From Snowella sp. (GTDB lineage Bacteria > Cyanobacteriota > Cyanobacteriia > Cyanobacteriales > Microcystaceae): a stretch of DNA of 47,009 nucleotides. The notes beneath the pieces are model-generated. The model did no database searches and was not told the origin of the DNA. It worked only from the letters and a program-made list of their open reading frames with translations. Shown piece by piece: positions 30,725-40,918 of the stretch. The stretch covers positions 1-47,009 of the forward strand of contig JAYKGY010000097.1 in NCBI GenBank assembly GCA_035285545.1. Direction: 5' to 3'. Position numbers and translations under genes: made by a program. The stretch's first letter is position 1; each line of letters opens with the position of its first letter.

Positions 30725-32071
30725 CTAAGATACCAAGGATTGGGCATAGGCATCAAACCCTGCTTGATTTAATGATTGAACCGTTGTCTGGCTATCTTGT
30801 ACCCAATAATTTTGACCTAAACGAATAAATTGCCGTTGCTGACCTTGACCCACGATGGCCACGACAGGGACTTTGGCATTTTTTTTGTCTCCCGATTGCT
30901 CTTGTAAAATACTTTTTAAATTATTTTGGTAGCTTGGATTTATTGCCTGCTGAGGATTAAGCGGGATCATCACAATCTGCATCCGTTCAATGGGTTCTAC
31001 CGCTTCAATAATCAGTTGCATCTTGTCATCCCGTTTGTCCGTTTTGCCCCAAATAATTAAATGACTATCTTCAATCAACTGATCCTGTAGGGCTTCGTAA
31101 CTGTCAGGAAAAACCACACCATCCGCTTGCCCTGAAATATCCTCCATTGTCACAAAGGCCATGGGCGTTCCCTTTTTGGTAATAATCTTTCTGACAGCAA
31201 TGACGACCACAACAGCACTAACCGCTTTACGGGATTTTAAGTTATCTAAATCCCCCAGGCTAATTGGCGAGAGTAATTGAGTGCTTTTCTGCACAGATTT
31301 TAAGGGATGCTCTGAAACATAAAACCCTAAATGTTCTTTTTCTAACTTTAATTTTTCCTGTAAAGAAAAATTTTCAACGCTTGGCGCACTGGGAATTTGC
31401 TCAAACTCTGCCTCTTTCTTCGTCGCACCATTGCCATTGCTTAATTCACCGACTAAATCAAACAGATTAGTTTGTCCGCTTTCTTTTTCTTTCGTGCGTT
31501 GTTGGGCCCAAGCAATGACCAAATCCAGATCCTGAATCAGTTGATTTCGATTAATTTGGATAGGGTCAAAGGCTCCTGCATAAATCAAGGTTTCCAACGC
31601 TCGACGATTGACAACCCGCAGATCTACTCGTAAACAAAAATCCCCTAATGAAGTAAATTTCCCTTCTTCTCTCGCTTTCAAAATATTTTCGATCGCGCCC
31701 TCTCCCAAATTCCGCACCGCCGAGAAACCAAAGAGAATACTATTGCCAATGGGAGTAAAATCTCGATTAGAACGATTAATATCCGGTGGTTCGACACTGA
31801 TGCCCATTTTTTGGCAATTTTCTCGATACCGTTCCACTTTTTCTTGGGTATCACTACTCGCTGTCAAGAGCGCGGCCATATACTCAACGGGATAATTCGC
31901 TTTTAGATAGGCCGTTTGATAGGTAACGTAAGCATAAGCCGTCGAGTGGGATTTATTAAAACAATTGGACGCAACCAGCCCATTTTCCAATAAAAAATTA
32001 TGATCCTCTGCAACCCCAATATCATAAACAGGTTGTATTCCAAGGGAAGTACGGCTAACAATTTTTACCAT
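30725..32071 (-). CDS. dnaE: DNA polymerase III alpha C-terminal half carrying a split intein C-fragment (DnaE-c)
   Basis: MVKIVSR...[47 protein letters not shown]; start ATG at 32071 with AGTTTTCCT upstream. Confidence 0.96.
   Translation of the reverse strand: MVKIVSRTSLGIQPVYDIGVAEDHNFLLENGLVASNCFNKSHSTAYAYVTYQTAYLKANYPVEYMAALLTASSDTQEKVERYRENCQKMGISVEPPDINRSNRDFTPIGNSILFGFSAVRNLGEGAIENILKAREEGKFTSLGDFCLRVDLRVVNRRALETLIYAGAFDPIQINRNQLIQDLDLVIAWAQQRTKEKESGQTNLFDLVGELSNGNGATKKEAEFEQIPSAPSVENFSLQEKLKLEKEHLGFYVSEHPLKSVQKSTQLLSPISLGDLDNLKSRKAVSAVVVVIAVRKIITKKGTPMAFVTMEDISGQADGVVFPDSYEALQDQLIEDSHLIIWGKTDKRDDKMQLIIEAVEPIERMQIVMIPLNPQQAINPSYQNNLKSILQEQSGDKKNAKVPVVAIVGQGQQRQFIRLGQNYWVQDSQTTVQSLNQAGFDAYAQSLVS
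31964..32071 (-). other. DnaE trans-splicing intein C-fragment (36 aa)
   Basis: Block F/G VYDIGV..HNF..ASN followed by the Cys+1 extein CFN. Confidence 0.96.
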
Positions 32072-32170
32072 AGGAAAACTGTAAACATCGCGTAGATTGA
32101 TTATATAAAAAACTCTTTGACAAAAGTTAGGATAAAGGCTTAAGGACGGGAACTCAGACAAGTTTGATAG

Positions 32171-33259
32171 TCAATTGGAAGACTTCCGAAATGACGGTAA
32201 AAAAGAGACACCTAAAGAAATCAAAGTGGCAGGAATGACAATAAACAACAAAATCGTGTTAAAGATTGGCAAATTGTTGTGATTGGTCGCTGCTAAGATT
32301 AAATAGGTTGTATAAGCGACGTAATAACTCAGAAAAAGTAGACCTTCCCAGCGAGCAATTAATTGGCCGGTAATAAAAACGGGGAAACAAACGATCGCGA
32401 CCGCAACCATAACAGGCAGATCAAAATGCAAAGCAGAAGGTGATACGGTAATTCCTTCCGGTGATAGCAGGGCGGCTCCCCCTAAAACAGCCAAAATATT
32501 GAAGATATTACTGCCAATCACGTTTCCTACCGCAATATCCCGTTCGCCTCGCATACTGGCAATGACGGAAGTGGCTAATTCCGGTAAGGATGTTCCCGCC
32601 GCCACCAGGGTTAAGCCAATGACCAGTTCACTGAGTCCTAAACTCCGCGCGATCGCGATCGAGCTATCCACTAACCATTTAGAGCCTAAAACTAATAGTC
32701 CTAAGCCAACAACGACAAAACCGATATTAGTCGCGATCTTTTGTACAGAACGACCTGCATTTTGCCCGTATTCTCGATCATACTCTTCTTGAACCTCGGC
32801 ATTTTGTTCCTTCCGGCTTTGAATAATTAGAAATCCGGTATAGAGAATGGCCAGCACGACGAAAATAGCCCCATCCACTCGGCTAATTTTGCCATCAACT
32901 CCAAACATTAAGGTTAAGCAAGAAACCCCTATCAAAATCGGAACATCTAAGCGAATCAACTGCTGAGCCACGACTAAGGGCGTGATTAAAGCGGATAAGC
33001 CCAAAATCAACAGCACATTAAAAATATTACTTCCGATCACATTCCCTAAAGCAATATCCGGTTGACCCGCCAAGCTAGACTGGAGGCTCACCATTAATTC
33101 GGGTGAACTGGTTCCATAGGCAACAATGGTAAGACCGATGACCAAAGGAGAAAGCCCAAACATGATGGCGAGACGGGATGCCCCTTTAACTAAAATCTCC
33201 GCTCCAGCAACCAGCAATACTAATCCTGCAATTAGTAGCAAAATGACATTGAGTCCCAT
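32171..33259 (-). CDS. Calcium/sodium antiporter (YrbG/CaCA family)
   Basis: Two alpha repeats GTSSPE / GTSLPE with GNVIGSNIFN. Confidence 0.93.
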   Translation of the reverse strand: MGLNVILLLIAGLVLLVAGAEILVKGASRLAIMFGLSPLVIGLTIVAYGTSSPELMVSLQSSLAGQPDIALGNVIGSNIFNVLLILGLSALITPLVVAQQLIRLDVPILIGVSCLTLMFGVDGKISRVDGAIFVVLAILYTGFLIIQSRKEQNAEVQEEYDREYGQNAGRSVQKIATNIGFVVVGLGLLVLGSKWLVDSSIAIARSLGLSELVIGLTLVAAGTSLPELATSVIASMRGERDIAVGNVIGSNIFNILAVLGGAALLSPEGITVSPSALHFDLPVMVAVAIVCFPVFITGQLIARWEGLLFLSYYVAYTTYLILAATNHNNLPIFNTILLFIVIPATLISLGVSFLPSFRKSSN

Positions 33260-33352
33260 TTCCCCTTGCCTTTTATTTTACGCTTTCTTAATTATTCAAT
33301 AAGCGGGTCATAATTTAGAAACAATTTGTCGTCTTGGGACTCGGTTAGAGCA

Positions 33353-33778
33353 TTAAGCTTGTAGGCTCATGGCTTTACGATACAGTTTTTGAATGCGTTC
33401 TAAGAGCCTATCGCAGGAAAATTTTGCTGGTTCATGGCTCGGTTCTAGCTCTTGTAACTTCGTTAAAAGTTTGGCTTCTTGAGTTTGTACGTCTCCATCA
33501 CTATAAATCAAGCCACTAATCGCTTCTAATAGTTCTTGATAGTCTTCTTCTTGATGATTTTCGCCTAAATATTCCTGAAGCCAACGGTAGCACTCTTCTG
33601 CTTGGACGGGTTTCAATTCGGATAAAAGAGGTTTGAGTTCGGGATCGTCAGTAATCTGGAAATTAGCCGCCATTGTGCGTAGATATTCCCGTTCTTCGCT
33701 TTGAATTACGCCATCAATCCAGGCTGCTCCAATCAAAATTTTGATCAGTTGTTTTGTTTTTTGAGTGGTGTCCATCAT
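33353..33778 (-). CDS. TerB-like family protein
   Basis: LIGAAWIDGVIQSEE and LIYSDGDVQTQE duplicated motif. Confidence 0.85.
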   Translation of the reverse strand: MMDTTQKTKQLIKILIGAAWIDGVIQSEEREYLRTMAANFQITDDPELKPLLSELKPVQAEECYRWLQEYLGENHQEEDYQELLEAISGLIYSDGDVQTQEAKLLTKLQELEPSHEPAKFSCDRLLERIQKLYRKAMSLQA

Positions 33779-33908
33779 AAAATTCTAGAGATTTTATTTA
33801 TAAATAGAAAAAGTATTTCGTTAACTACCAGTAAATCACAAGAAAAAATGAATTCTAAAAATGGAGGATTTTATTAATAATTACTAAATTGGTCAATTTC
33901 TTTAAATG

Positions 33909-35249
33909 TTAATTTTTTTGAAGTTTGATCATAAAGAAACCATCCATTTTTTGCTGATGGGGTAAGATTTGAATCCCTCGTTCTGGATTCCATGAAAATT
34001 CCTGAAATGAGTCTAACGCAGGATCACAAATTCGCCAGTTAGGATGTTGAGTTAAAAAAGCCTCAATAATCTCTTGGTTTTCTCGAATGTTCAGCGTACA
34101 GGTTGAATAAACTAAAATACCTTGCGGTTTGACCCAAAAAGCGGCTTGGGTTAACAATTCAGCTTGTAATTGGGTTAGTTCTTCTATTTTATCAGGCGTT
34201 TGTCGCCAACGGATGTCAGGGTTACGGTGTAAGGTTCCGAGTCCTGAGCAGGGGGCATCGACTAAGACGCGATCGCTGCTATTGATAAATTGGGGAAAAT
34301 CTCGGCTATCTCCCACTACGGTTTGAATGGATTGTAATTCTAAACGCTCAACGGTTTTAGTGAGTTTTTTTAAGCGGGAAACTGTGCGATCGCAAGCCCA
34401 GATCGTTCCTTGATCGCCCATTAATTCCGCAATATGGGTAGTTTTCCCCCCTGGAGCAGCACAGGCATCGATAATCAGTTCATTTGGCTGGGGATCGAGT
34501 AGAATTGACACTAATTGGGCACTGGCATCCTGTACCGTCCACCATCCTTCGGTAAAACCAGGAAGTTGCTGAATCGGACAATGGGCTTTGATGAGGCGTA
34601 ATGCCTGGGGCAACCCTGGGATACGAGCCGTTTCGACTTGCTGTTGAGCAAAAGCGGTTTCTACGATTTCTAAGTTTGCTTTCAGGGGATTAACCCGTAA
34701 ATCAATCGTTGGGGGTTGATTCAAGTAATCGCACAATAATTCTGCTTCTTTTTCTCCAAATTGGTTTAAAAATAATTCCATCATCCAGTCAGGAAAACTA
34801 TGGAGAATGCCCAATCGTTGCACAGGATTTTTCGGTAATATCAAGGGATCAGATTGCTCATAGCCTAAGCGAATATATTGGCGTAAAATTCCGTTTACCA
34901 CCCCTGAAAGCCCTTTTAAGCCGTTGTTTTTCGCTAAATCCACGCTGGTATTAACTGCCGCAGAATCGGGAATATGGTCTAGATAGCGCAACTGATACAA
35001 CCCAATCTGTAAAATCCGTCTTAAATCCGGGGGTTGTTTGGCAATGGGTTTCTGGCTGAGTTGTTCAATCAGGGTATCCAAAGTTCTTTGCCGTCGCACA
35101 ATGCCATAAACGAGTTCAGTCACTAAGGCGCGATCGCTGCGTTTGAGGTCAGTATTTTTCAAAGCCCTATCGAGGGCAATATCGGTGTAGCTATCCCGTC
35201 TGTCGATGTCTCGTAGGGTTAAAAAGGCAATTTGACGGGCATTCTGCAT
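33909..35249 (-). CDS. rsmB: 16S rRNA m5C967 methyltransferase RsmB (Sun/Fmu)
   Basis: NusB-like N-domain, DACAAPGGKT, DAPCSG, YSTCT. Confidence 0.95.
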   Translation of the reverse strand: MQNARQIAFLTLRDIDRRDSYTDIALDRALKNTDLKRSDRALVTELVYGIVRRQRTLDTLIEQLSQKPIAKQPPDLRRILQIGLYQLRYLDHIPDSAAVNTSVDLAKNNGLKGLSGVVNGILRQYIRLGYEQSDPLILPKNPVQRLGILHSFPDWMMELFLNQFGEKEAELLCDYLNQPPTIDLRVNPLKANLEIVETAFAQQQVETARIPGLPQALRLIKAHCPIQQLPGFTEGWWTVQDASAQLVSILLDPQPNELIIDACAAPGGKTTHIAELMGDQGTIWACDRTVSRLKKLTKTVERLELQSIQTVVGDSRDFPQFINSSDRVLVDAPCSGLGTLHRNPDIRWRQTPDKIEELTQLQAELLTQAAFWVKPQGILVYSTCTLNIRENQEIIEAFLTQHPNWRICDPALDSFQEFSWNPERGIQILPHQQKMDGFFMIKLQKN

Positions 35250-35280
35250 ATAAATTTCAAGAAATTACACTGAAAAACTG

Positions 35281-35301
35281 AAAGACCCACCGAAGTGGGC
35301 C
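35281..35301 (-). terminator. Intrinsic terminator of dps
   Basis: Minus strand GGCCCAC-TTCG-GTGGGTC followed by T-rich tail (cUUCGg tetraloop), about 30 nt after the stop. Confidence 0.8.
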
Positions 35302-35329
35302 ACTCTTTCATTTTATTCGGAAAAATCCC

Positions 35330-35839
35330 CTATTTGACTAAATGGGCTTCGAGGAACCAGAGGCGTTTGTCAATGGTACGGGAAATTTCTGTATACAAAT
35401 CAGACGTATCGGCATCCCCTAAATCCGCCGTGTCCGCGATCGCCGTCCGAACATGAGCCGCATAAGCCCCATAGCGATCACAAAGAGCCGTAACGTGATC
35501 AACACCAGTGGCAATATCTAAGGGATATTCAGGCAAAATAGAATTCGCCGCCGCCACACGAGCTGTTCCCAAAGGCGTTCCGCCCAACGCCGTGATCCGT
35601 TCAGCCACCATATCGACGTATTCTTCTACTTCTGTAGCCAACTCATCAAATAAAAGATGGAGTTGATAAAAATCTAACCCTTTCACGTTCCAATGGGCTT
35701 GTTTAATTTGGGTTTTTAAATCTAAGGTCGTGGCTAAGGTAGTGCTTAAAATATTAATGATTTGAGTGCGAATCTCAACGGATAAATCAATCCGAGTCGG
35801 GTACAGTTTGCCAGTGGCTTTAACTTGAGTGGCTGTCAT
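35330..35839 (-). CDS. dps: Dps DNA-protecting ferritin-like protein
   Basis: KQAHWNVKG, LHLLFDE, DMVAERI..LGG, DKRLWFLEAH. Confidence 0.96.
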   Translation of the reverse strand: MTATQVKATGKLYPTRIDLSVEIRTQIINILSTTLATTLDLKTQIKQAHWNVKGLDFYQLHLLFDELATEVEEYVDMVAERITALGGTPLGTARVAAANSILPEYPLDIATGVDHVTALCDRYGAYAAHVRTAIADTADLGDADTSDLYTEISRTIDKRLWFLEAHLVK

Positions 35840-36001
35840 AATAAATTTCTCCTGGGATATATCCCAATTTTAGGCACGTTTAAAGTGCATTTAAGCTTTA
35901 ATCAATGTTAAAAAATCAAGCAAGGGGTTAGCCTGTTAGTCCGTGTCGAATGTTCTTAACGAAGCTATTCCCCCGTTTCCAAGCTTTTTAACTCAAATCA
36001 A

Positions 36002-36733
36002 CTATTTTTGCAGATAGGCCAATAAGTCTTCTGAACCGCCGATATGGGTGCCATTGATAAAGACCTGGGGAACGGTGGTGGCAGCCGCAACCGCTTTGAG
36101 AGAACGAGTGGTAATCGCTTCACCTAAAACAATTTCTTCATATTCCAAGCCTTTTTCCTTGAGGGCTGCTTTGGCTCTGGCACAGTAGGGGCAACCGATT
36201 TTGGTGAAGAGGGAAATATATTGGGGTTGGCCGGCTGAGGGGTTAATATATTTCAGCATGGTTTCAGCATCGGAAACCTCAAAGGGATCACCCGGAACTT
36301 CGGGTTCAATAAACATTTTTTCGATGGTTCCATCTTTGACGAGCATGGAATACCGCCAAGACCGCTTACCAAAACCCAGGTCAGATTTATCAACCAATAA
36401 ACCCATTCCTTCGGTGAATGCTCCATTTCCATCGGCAATAAAGGTAATATTGTCAGCTTTTTGGTCTTTTGCCCATTCATTCATGACAAAGGTGTCGTTG
36501 ACGGACATACAGATAATATCGTCAACACCGTTTTCTTTAAAAAGGGGAGCGAGCGCATTGTAGCCAGGAACGTGGGAAGAGGAACAGGTGGGCGTGAAAG
36601 CACCAGGCAATGAAAAGACAACAACGGTTTTACCGGCAAACAAGTCATCCGTCGTGACATTAACCCATTCATCATTGACCCGAAGCGGAAAGGTAACGTT
36701 AGGGACTTTTTGACCTTCGTGGTTTGGTAACAT
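36002..36733 (-). CDS. Hybrid type II peroxiredoxin-glutaredoxin (Prx5-Grx)
   Basis: PGAFTPTCS peroxidatic motif; C-terminal CPYC, TVPQVFI, IGGS. Confidence 0.95.
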   Translation of the reverse strand: MLPNHEGQKVPNVTFPLRVNDEWVNVTTDDLFAGKTVVVFSLPGAFTPTCSSSHVPGYNALAPLFKENGVDDIICMSVNDTFVMNEWAKDQKADNITFIADGNGAFTEGMGLLVDKSDLGFGKRSWRYSMLVKDGTIEKMFIEPEVPGDPFEVSDAETMLKYINPSAGQPQYISLFTKIGCPYCARAKAALKEKGLEYEEIVLGEAITTRSLKAVAAATTVPQVFINGTHIGGSEDLLAYLQK

Positions 36734-36799
36734 ACGGAAACTCCTTAATTGACTGGTTTGAGGGATTTTTTAAGCAACAGTTTTAACTGCCATGGTTAA

Positions 36800-36829
36800 A
36801 TCATACTCATAACGACTTCGACTTGTCAA
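36800..36829 (-). promoter_or_regulatory. sigma70 promoter of prx-grx with overlapping PerR/FurC-type operator (36802-36820)
   Basis: Minus strand TTGACA-N18-TATGAT; plus strand CATACTCATAACGACTTCG imperfect palindrome. Confidence 0.8.
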
Positions 36830-36953
36830 GTAATAGCCAGTTACTTTACTTGTAGCAGAGAGGATCGAAAGGCGCGATCGCGTTTTTTGAGAGGTGGTAA
36901 TCTAACTTGAAGAATGGGTAAATATCGGGGGAATTGTGGACAAAATACTGAAT

Positions 36954-37154
36954 TTATAATAATTGGTCTAAATTTTCATATAAATTTAAATTTTCAATCG
37001 GGCAATAAAAATCAATACTATTAAAATAAAGCCTATCTTGAGCCTGATAAATTGTCGGTATCCAAAGATTTTCAGATTTCCGTTGGAATTGTTCGACTAG
37101 GATTTGTTTTTGATGGATTAAAATATATTCTGCCAGTTCAGGAATGGTTTTATA
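36954..37154 (-). pseudogene. Uma2 (DUF820) endonuclease C-terminal remnant
   Basis: YKTIPELAEYILIHQKQILVEQFQR..NLW..Y..FNSIDF.CPI..LYEN; the N-terminal part is absent and the fasciclin terminator lies in its place. Confidence 0.75.
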
Positions 37155-37174
37155 GACAAGCACACATGAAAGAC

Positions 37175-37196
37175 AAAAAAAGGGGATAAACCCCTT
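37175..37196 (-). terminator. Intrinsic terminator of the fasciclin gene
   Basis: Minus strand AAGGGG-TTTAT-CCCCTT followed by a T run. Confidence 0.75.
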
Positions 37197-37243
37197 GTTG
37201 TTGAAGCTAGAGACTAAATTTTCTTTTTCACAAAACCCCAAAT

Positions 37244-37816
37244 TTATGGATTAGGAGGTAAAAGTACCTGATCAATTACATGGATTACGCCATTGCTTGC
37301 GTCTATATCAGCCGAGGTAACCTTCGCGGAGCCTACCATGACTTTTCCATCCTTGATACTAACGGTCACTGGACTGCCTTCTACTGTTTTAACTTGACCT
37401 GGCCGAATTTGATTAGAAGTGACCTCTCCCGAAACAACATGATAAGTCAATATTTTTTGTAATTTGGATTTATTTTCAGGTTTGAGTAAGCTTTCTAAGG
37501 TTCCTTTGGGTAACGCTTTAAACGCTTTATCTGTTGGGGCAAAAACCGTGAATGGCCCTTTACCAGAGAGTGTTTCAACCAAATCCGCAGCTTTTACTGC
37601 TTCAACTAATGTTTTGAAAGAATCATTGGAAGATGCAACCTCGACAATCGTTGCGGTGGAAGCGGCTGCCTGGGTTTTTGCCATCACGGTAGAAGCCGCT
37701 TTAGATTGGGAACAATTTTCAGCATTAGCCGCAACATTTGGAAAAAAAGCGGTGGCACTCAAGGCGAGGATACTACAGCAGAAAGAGGCGAAGTGAGATT
37801 GTTTAAAGAACGGCAT
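37244..37816 (-). CDS. Secreted fasciclin (FAS1) domain protein
   Basis: Signal peptide; [35 protein letters not shown]; start ATG 37816 preferred over 37885. Confidence 0.93.
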   Translation of the reverse strand: MPFFKQSHFASFCCSILALSATAFFPNVAANAENCSQSKAASTVMAKTQAAASTATIVEVASSNDSFKTLVEAVKAADLVETLSGKGPFTVFAPTDKAFKALPKGTLESLLKPENKSKLQKILTYHVVSGEVTSNQIRPGQVKTVEGSPVTVSIKDGKVMVGSAKVTSADIDASNGVIHVIDQVLLPPNP

Positions 37817-37830
37817 AATGTCTGGGTGTG

Positions 37831-37848
37831 TTTGTAACAAAATATTAA
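37831..37848 (-). promoter_or_regulatory. HLR1-like site upstream of fasciclin
   Basis: TTAATATT-TT-GTTACAAA (6/8 and 8/8 to KTTACAWW). Confidence 0.4.
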
Positions 37849-38083
37849 CTAACCTTAAGCCTAATTCCTGAGTTGCTATTGACATTGCCCATTTTGCCAG
37901 TTTTCAAAATGTCCACTTTGCTTGAATCACTTCTTATTTTTCTTCTAGGGATTGATGTTGTATACAACGTTAGGCAATGATTACTTCATCATTAGAGTTT
38001 ATCTGGTCTTTCTTTTTGATTTTGAGAAAATTTCGCAGCTTTTTTAGTATGCTAAAAATACGGTTAGCTCAGTAGTAATTTTT

Positions 38084-39370
38084 ATGCCTATTAATATCGT
38101 TAAAATCAAAAAGTCCCAATCCGTAGATAGTACAAATCCTTCGGAATCAACAACATCAGAACCGATCGCTGAGCAAGCAACGGAAAGTAAGGCAAAAAAA
38201 ACCACTAAGAGCAAGAAGAAAGTTAAAGAAACAGAAACCCCTGCCCCTATTGAATCTTCAGACACTCAACCGGTGGAAGTTGCAGCCCCTGTAGCGGCGA
38301 TCGCTGAGCAAGCAACGGAAAGTAAGGCAAAAAAAACCACTAAGAGCAAGAAGAAAGTCAAAGAAACAGAAATCTCTGCCCCTATTGAATCTCCAGAAAC
38401 TCAACCGGTGGAAGTCGAGCCATCGGTCACTCAAGAAGAAGTTACGGCGGAAGTCCAACCCAAGGCATCCAATAAAAAACAGAAAAAGGCCAAAACAGCA
38501 AATAAAGCCGCAGAGCCTAGTGAGCAGGAATCAACCTCCACTGAGCCTACTGAACCTGAGGTTTTCTTCCAAGCGATCGGCGCGCTCCACGGAAAACTAA
38601 TTAAACGCAATTCGCGCTATTCTCTTCAAGTTGGTGAGCATACTTTTCCCCTGAACCTATCGGGAAAATATCTGATGGGGAAGGTAGCTAAATTAGAGCC
38701 AGATCAGGAAGTTTATCTGAAGGTTTATCCTCAGTGGTTATCTTCTTTCGCTAACCAGGAAGTCATCAAGAAATTAAGTTTTCGAGTTATTGGGTGCTCA
38801 ACCCTATCGCCTGCACCATTTCAAGTCAATCAATTTATTCTGCGGGGGGTTTGGCAGAAGTCTCCCAAAACGGGTGAACCCCAATTGACCATTTATCGTA
38901 ATAAAAGCCGTGGCCCTTGGGATGACTGTCAGCCGTTACACGTTCCCCTCATTTGGGAAAATGCCCCCATTGAACCCTTTTTCTACGATGCAACTTTAGA
39001 GAAAAAAGATTGGCCTAAACGTTATTTTTGCCAGCTAGAGACAATTTTAGATCTTGAGACGCAAACCTTTACGGTCACTGGACAATTAGAGGAGCCAACA
39101 ACCCAGATCCCTTTCTATGTAAAACCGTCAAAGCCTTCCACCGAATTGCAACCAACAGAACAGAAAGGCAAACAAGAGAAAAAAATAAGTCACCCCAAAA
39201 AAACTCAATCGACAGAGCAGAAAGACTCGCAAGATCATTCAACCAGTCAATCTCAGGAGTCCCAATCGGTAGAACAGAAAGACCAACAAAATAAAAAAAC
39301 AAGTCGATCCAAGAAATCCCAAACTAAAGCGGAGAAAGACGAATCAAACAGCTCACCGAAAGAGCCATAG
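38084..39370 (+). CDS. Hypothetical protein: globular core flanked by K/E/S/T-rich disordered arms
   Basis: Core FFQAIG..LKVYP..FILRGVWQ..IYRN..HVPLIW..RYFCQ; 45-aa tandem repeat in the N-arm. Confidence 0.85.
   Translation: MPINIVKIKKSQSVDSTNPSESTTSEPIAEQATESKAKKTTKSKKKVKETETPAPIESSDTQPVEVAAPVAAIAEQATESKAKKTTKSKKKVKETEISAPIESPETQPVEVEPSVTQEEVTAEVQPKASNKKQKKAKTANKAAEPSEQESTSTEPTEPEVFFQAIGALHGKLIKRNSRYSLQVGEHTFPLNLSGKYLMGKVAKLEPDQEVYLKVYPQWLSSFANQEVIKKLSFRVIGCSTLSPAPFQVNQFILRGVWQKSPKTGEPQLTIYRNKSRGPWDDCQPLHVPLIWENAPIEPFFYDATLEKKDWPKRYFCQLETILDLETQTFTVTGQLEEPTTQIPFYVKPSKPSTELQPTEQKGKQEKKISHPKKTQSTEQKDSQDHSTSQSQESQSVEQKDQQNKKTSRSKKSQTKAEKDESNSSPKEP
38163..38415 (+). repeat. 135-bp-period in-frame tandem duplication
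   Basis: 38163-38280 recurs almost identically at 38298-38415. Confidence 0.95.
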
Positions 39371-39456
39371 AATTTGCTTGAATGTTCGAGCAACCTTTCA
39401 GGAAATCGATTCACTAAACCGTATTTTTTCTCTTTAAAGAAAGTTTGGTTACCGCC

Positions 39457-39510
39457 TAGACTCATCCTGTCTATTCTGCTATACTTGAAGCCGTAGTCGT
39501 TATGAGTTCA
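39457..39510 (+). promoter_or_regulatory. NTRC promoter plus PerR/FurC-type operator (39492-39510)
   Basis: TAGACT-N17-TATACT with extended TGn; then CGTAGTCGTTATGAGTTCA. Confidence 0.75.
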
Positions 39511-39519
39511 TTTAAAGCA

Positions 39520-40905
39520 ATGGCAACCCCAACAATAGAAAACGTGGTCATTATTGGTTCCGGGCCTGCTGGTTATACTGCTGCAATTTACGCCGCAAGA
39601 GCCAATCTTAAACCCCTGATGTTTGAAGGTTTCCAGGCGGGGGGAATCCCTGGCGGACAATTAATGACCACAACTGAGGTGGAGAACTTTCCAGGGTTTC
39701 CTGAAGGGATTACGGGCCCTGAATTAATGGATCGGATGAAAGCCCAAGCGATCCGTTGGGGAACCGAATGTTATACCGAAGATGTAATTGAAGTGGATTT
39801 AAGTCAGCGACCTTTTAGGATTAAGTCTAGCGATCGCGAAGTTAGAGCCAATAGTGTAATCATTGCGACAGGGGCTACTGCTAAACGCTTGGGGCTACCC
39901 AGTGAAAAAGAATTTTGGAGTAATGGGATTTCGGCCTGTGCCATTTGTGATGGAGCCAGTCCCATTTTTAAACAGGAAGCCCTTGCGGTCATTGGTGGAG
40001 GAGATTCCGCCGCAGAAGAAGCCGTTTATTTAACTAAATATGGTTCCCATGTCCATCTATTGGTCAGACGGGATGAAATGCGAGCCAGTAAAGCCATGCA
40101 AGACAGGGTTTTAAGCAATCCTAAAATTACGGTGCATTGGAATACAGAACCCGTCGATGTATTCGGAAGCAATAACCGTTTAGAAGGAATCAAGCTCCGC
40201 AATACGAAAACAGGCGAACTCAGTGACTTAGCTGTTAAAGGTCTGTTCTACGCGATCGGTCATACGCCTAATACCAGCCTGTTTCAAGGACAAATTGAAT
40301 TGGATGATGTAGGTTATATCGTCGTTAAACCAGGCACAATGGAAACCAGTGTGGAAGGGGTATTTGCCGCAGGCGATGTACAGGATCACGAATACCGTCA
40401 GGCGATTAGTGCAGCAGGAACAGGCTGTATGGCGGCATTATTAGCTGAACGGTGGTTATCAGCCCATAATTTAATTGTTGAACACCATCAAACCGCCGAA
40501 TCTGAAGATTATCACACGCCCCAAGAAAGCAAAACCGTAGCAGATACGGAAAACACCTTCGATATTAACCAAACTCGTCATGTGGGCGGCTATGCGCTGC
40601 GGAAATTGTTCCACGAAAGCGATCGCCCCCTATTGGTTAAATACGTTTCACCGACCTGTGGCCCTTGCCGTACCCTAAAACCCATTTTGGATAAAGTGGT
40701 AGATGAGTACGAAGGTAAAATTCACTTTATCGAAATTGACATTGAAGCCGATCCCGAAATTGCCCAAATGGGAGGCATCATCGGCACCCCAACGGTTCAA
40801 ATCTTTAAAGAGAAGGAATTGCTCAATGAACTCAAAGGCGTTAAACAAAAAGGGGATTTTCGCGCCATTATTGATCAAGCGTTATTAACTCCAAGTTTGG
40901 TGTAA
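39520..40905 (+). CDS. trxB: NADPH-thioredoxin reductase C (NTR-Trx fusion, NTRC)
   Basis: GSGPAG, CAIC, GGGDSA, AAGD, C-terminal CGPC thioredoxin domain; ATG 39520 preferred because ATG 39502 lies in the operator. Confidence 0.95.
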   Translation: MATPTIENVVIIGSGPAGYTAAIYAARANLKPLMFEGFQAGGIPGGQLMTTTEVENFPGFPEGITGPELMDRMKAQAIRWGTECYTEDVIEVDLSQRPFRIKSSDREVRANSVIIATGATAKRLGLPSEKEFWSNGISACAICDGASPIFKQEALAVIGGGDSAAEEAVYLTKYGSHVHLLVRRDEMRASKAMQDRVLSNPKITVHWNTEPVDVFGSNNRLEGIKLRNTKTGELSDLAVKGLFYAIGHTPNTSLFQGQIELDDVGYIVVKPGTMETSVEGVFAAGDVQDHEYRQAISAAGTGCMAALLAERWLSAHNLIVEHHQTAESEDYHTPQESKTVADTENTFDINQTRHVGGYALRKLFHESDRPLLVKYVSPTCGPCRTLKPILDKVVDEYEGKIHFIEIDIEADPEIAQMGGIIGTPTVQIFKEKELLNELKGVKQKGDFRAIIDQALLTPSLV

Positions 40906-40918
40906 CCCAAACCCCCTC

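Noticed and set aside
32072..32161. 30-aa N-terminal extension of DnaE-c
   Set aside because: The Int-C fragment canonically starts at MVKI; the extension has no homology signal.
36954..37241. 95-aa ORF as an intact gene
   Set aside because: Its first third reads through the fasciclin terminator; only the C-terminal part is Uma2-like.
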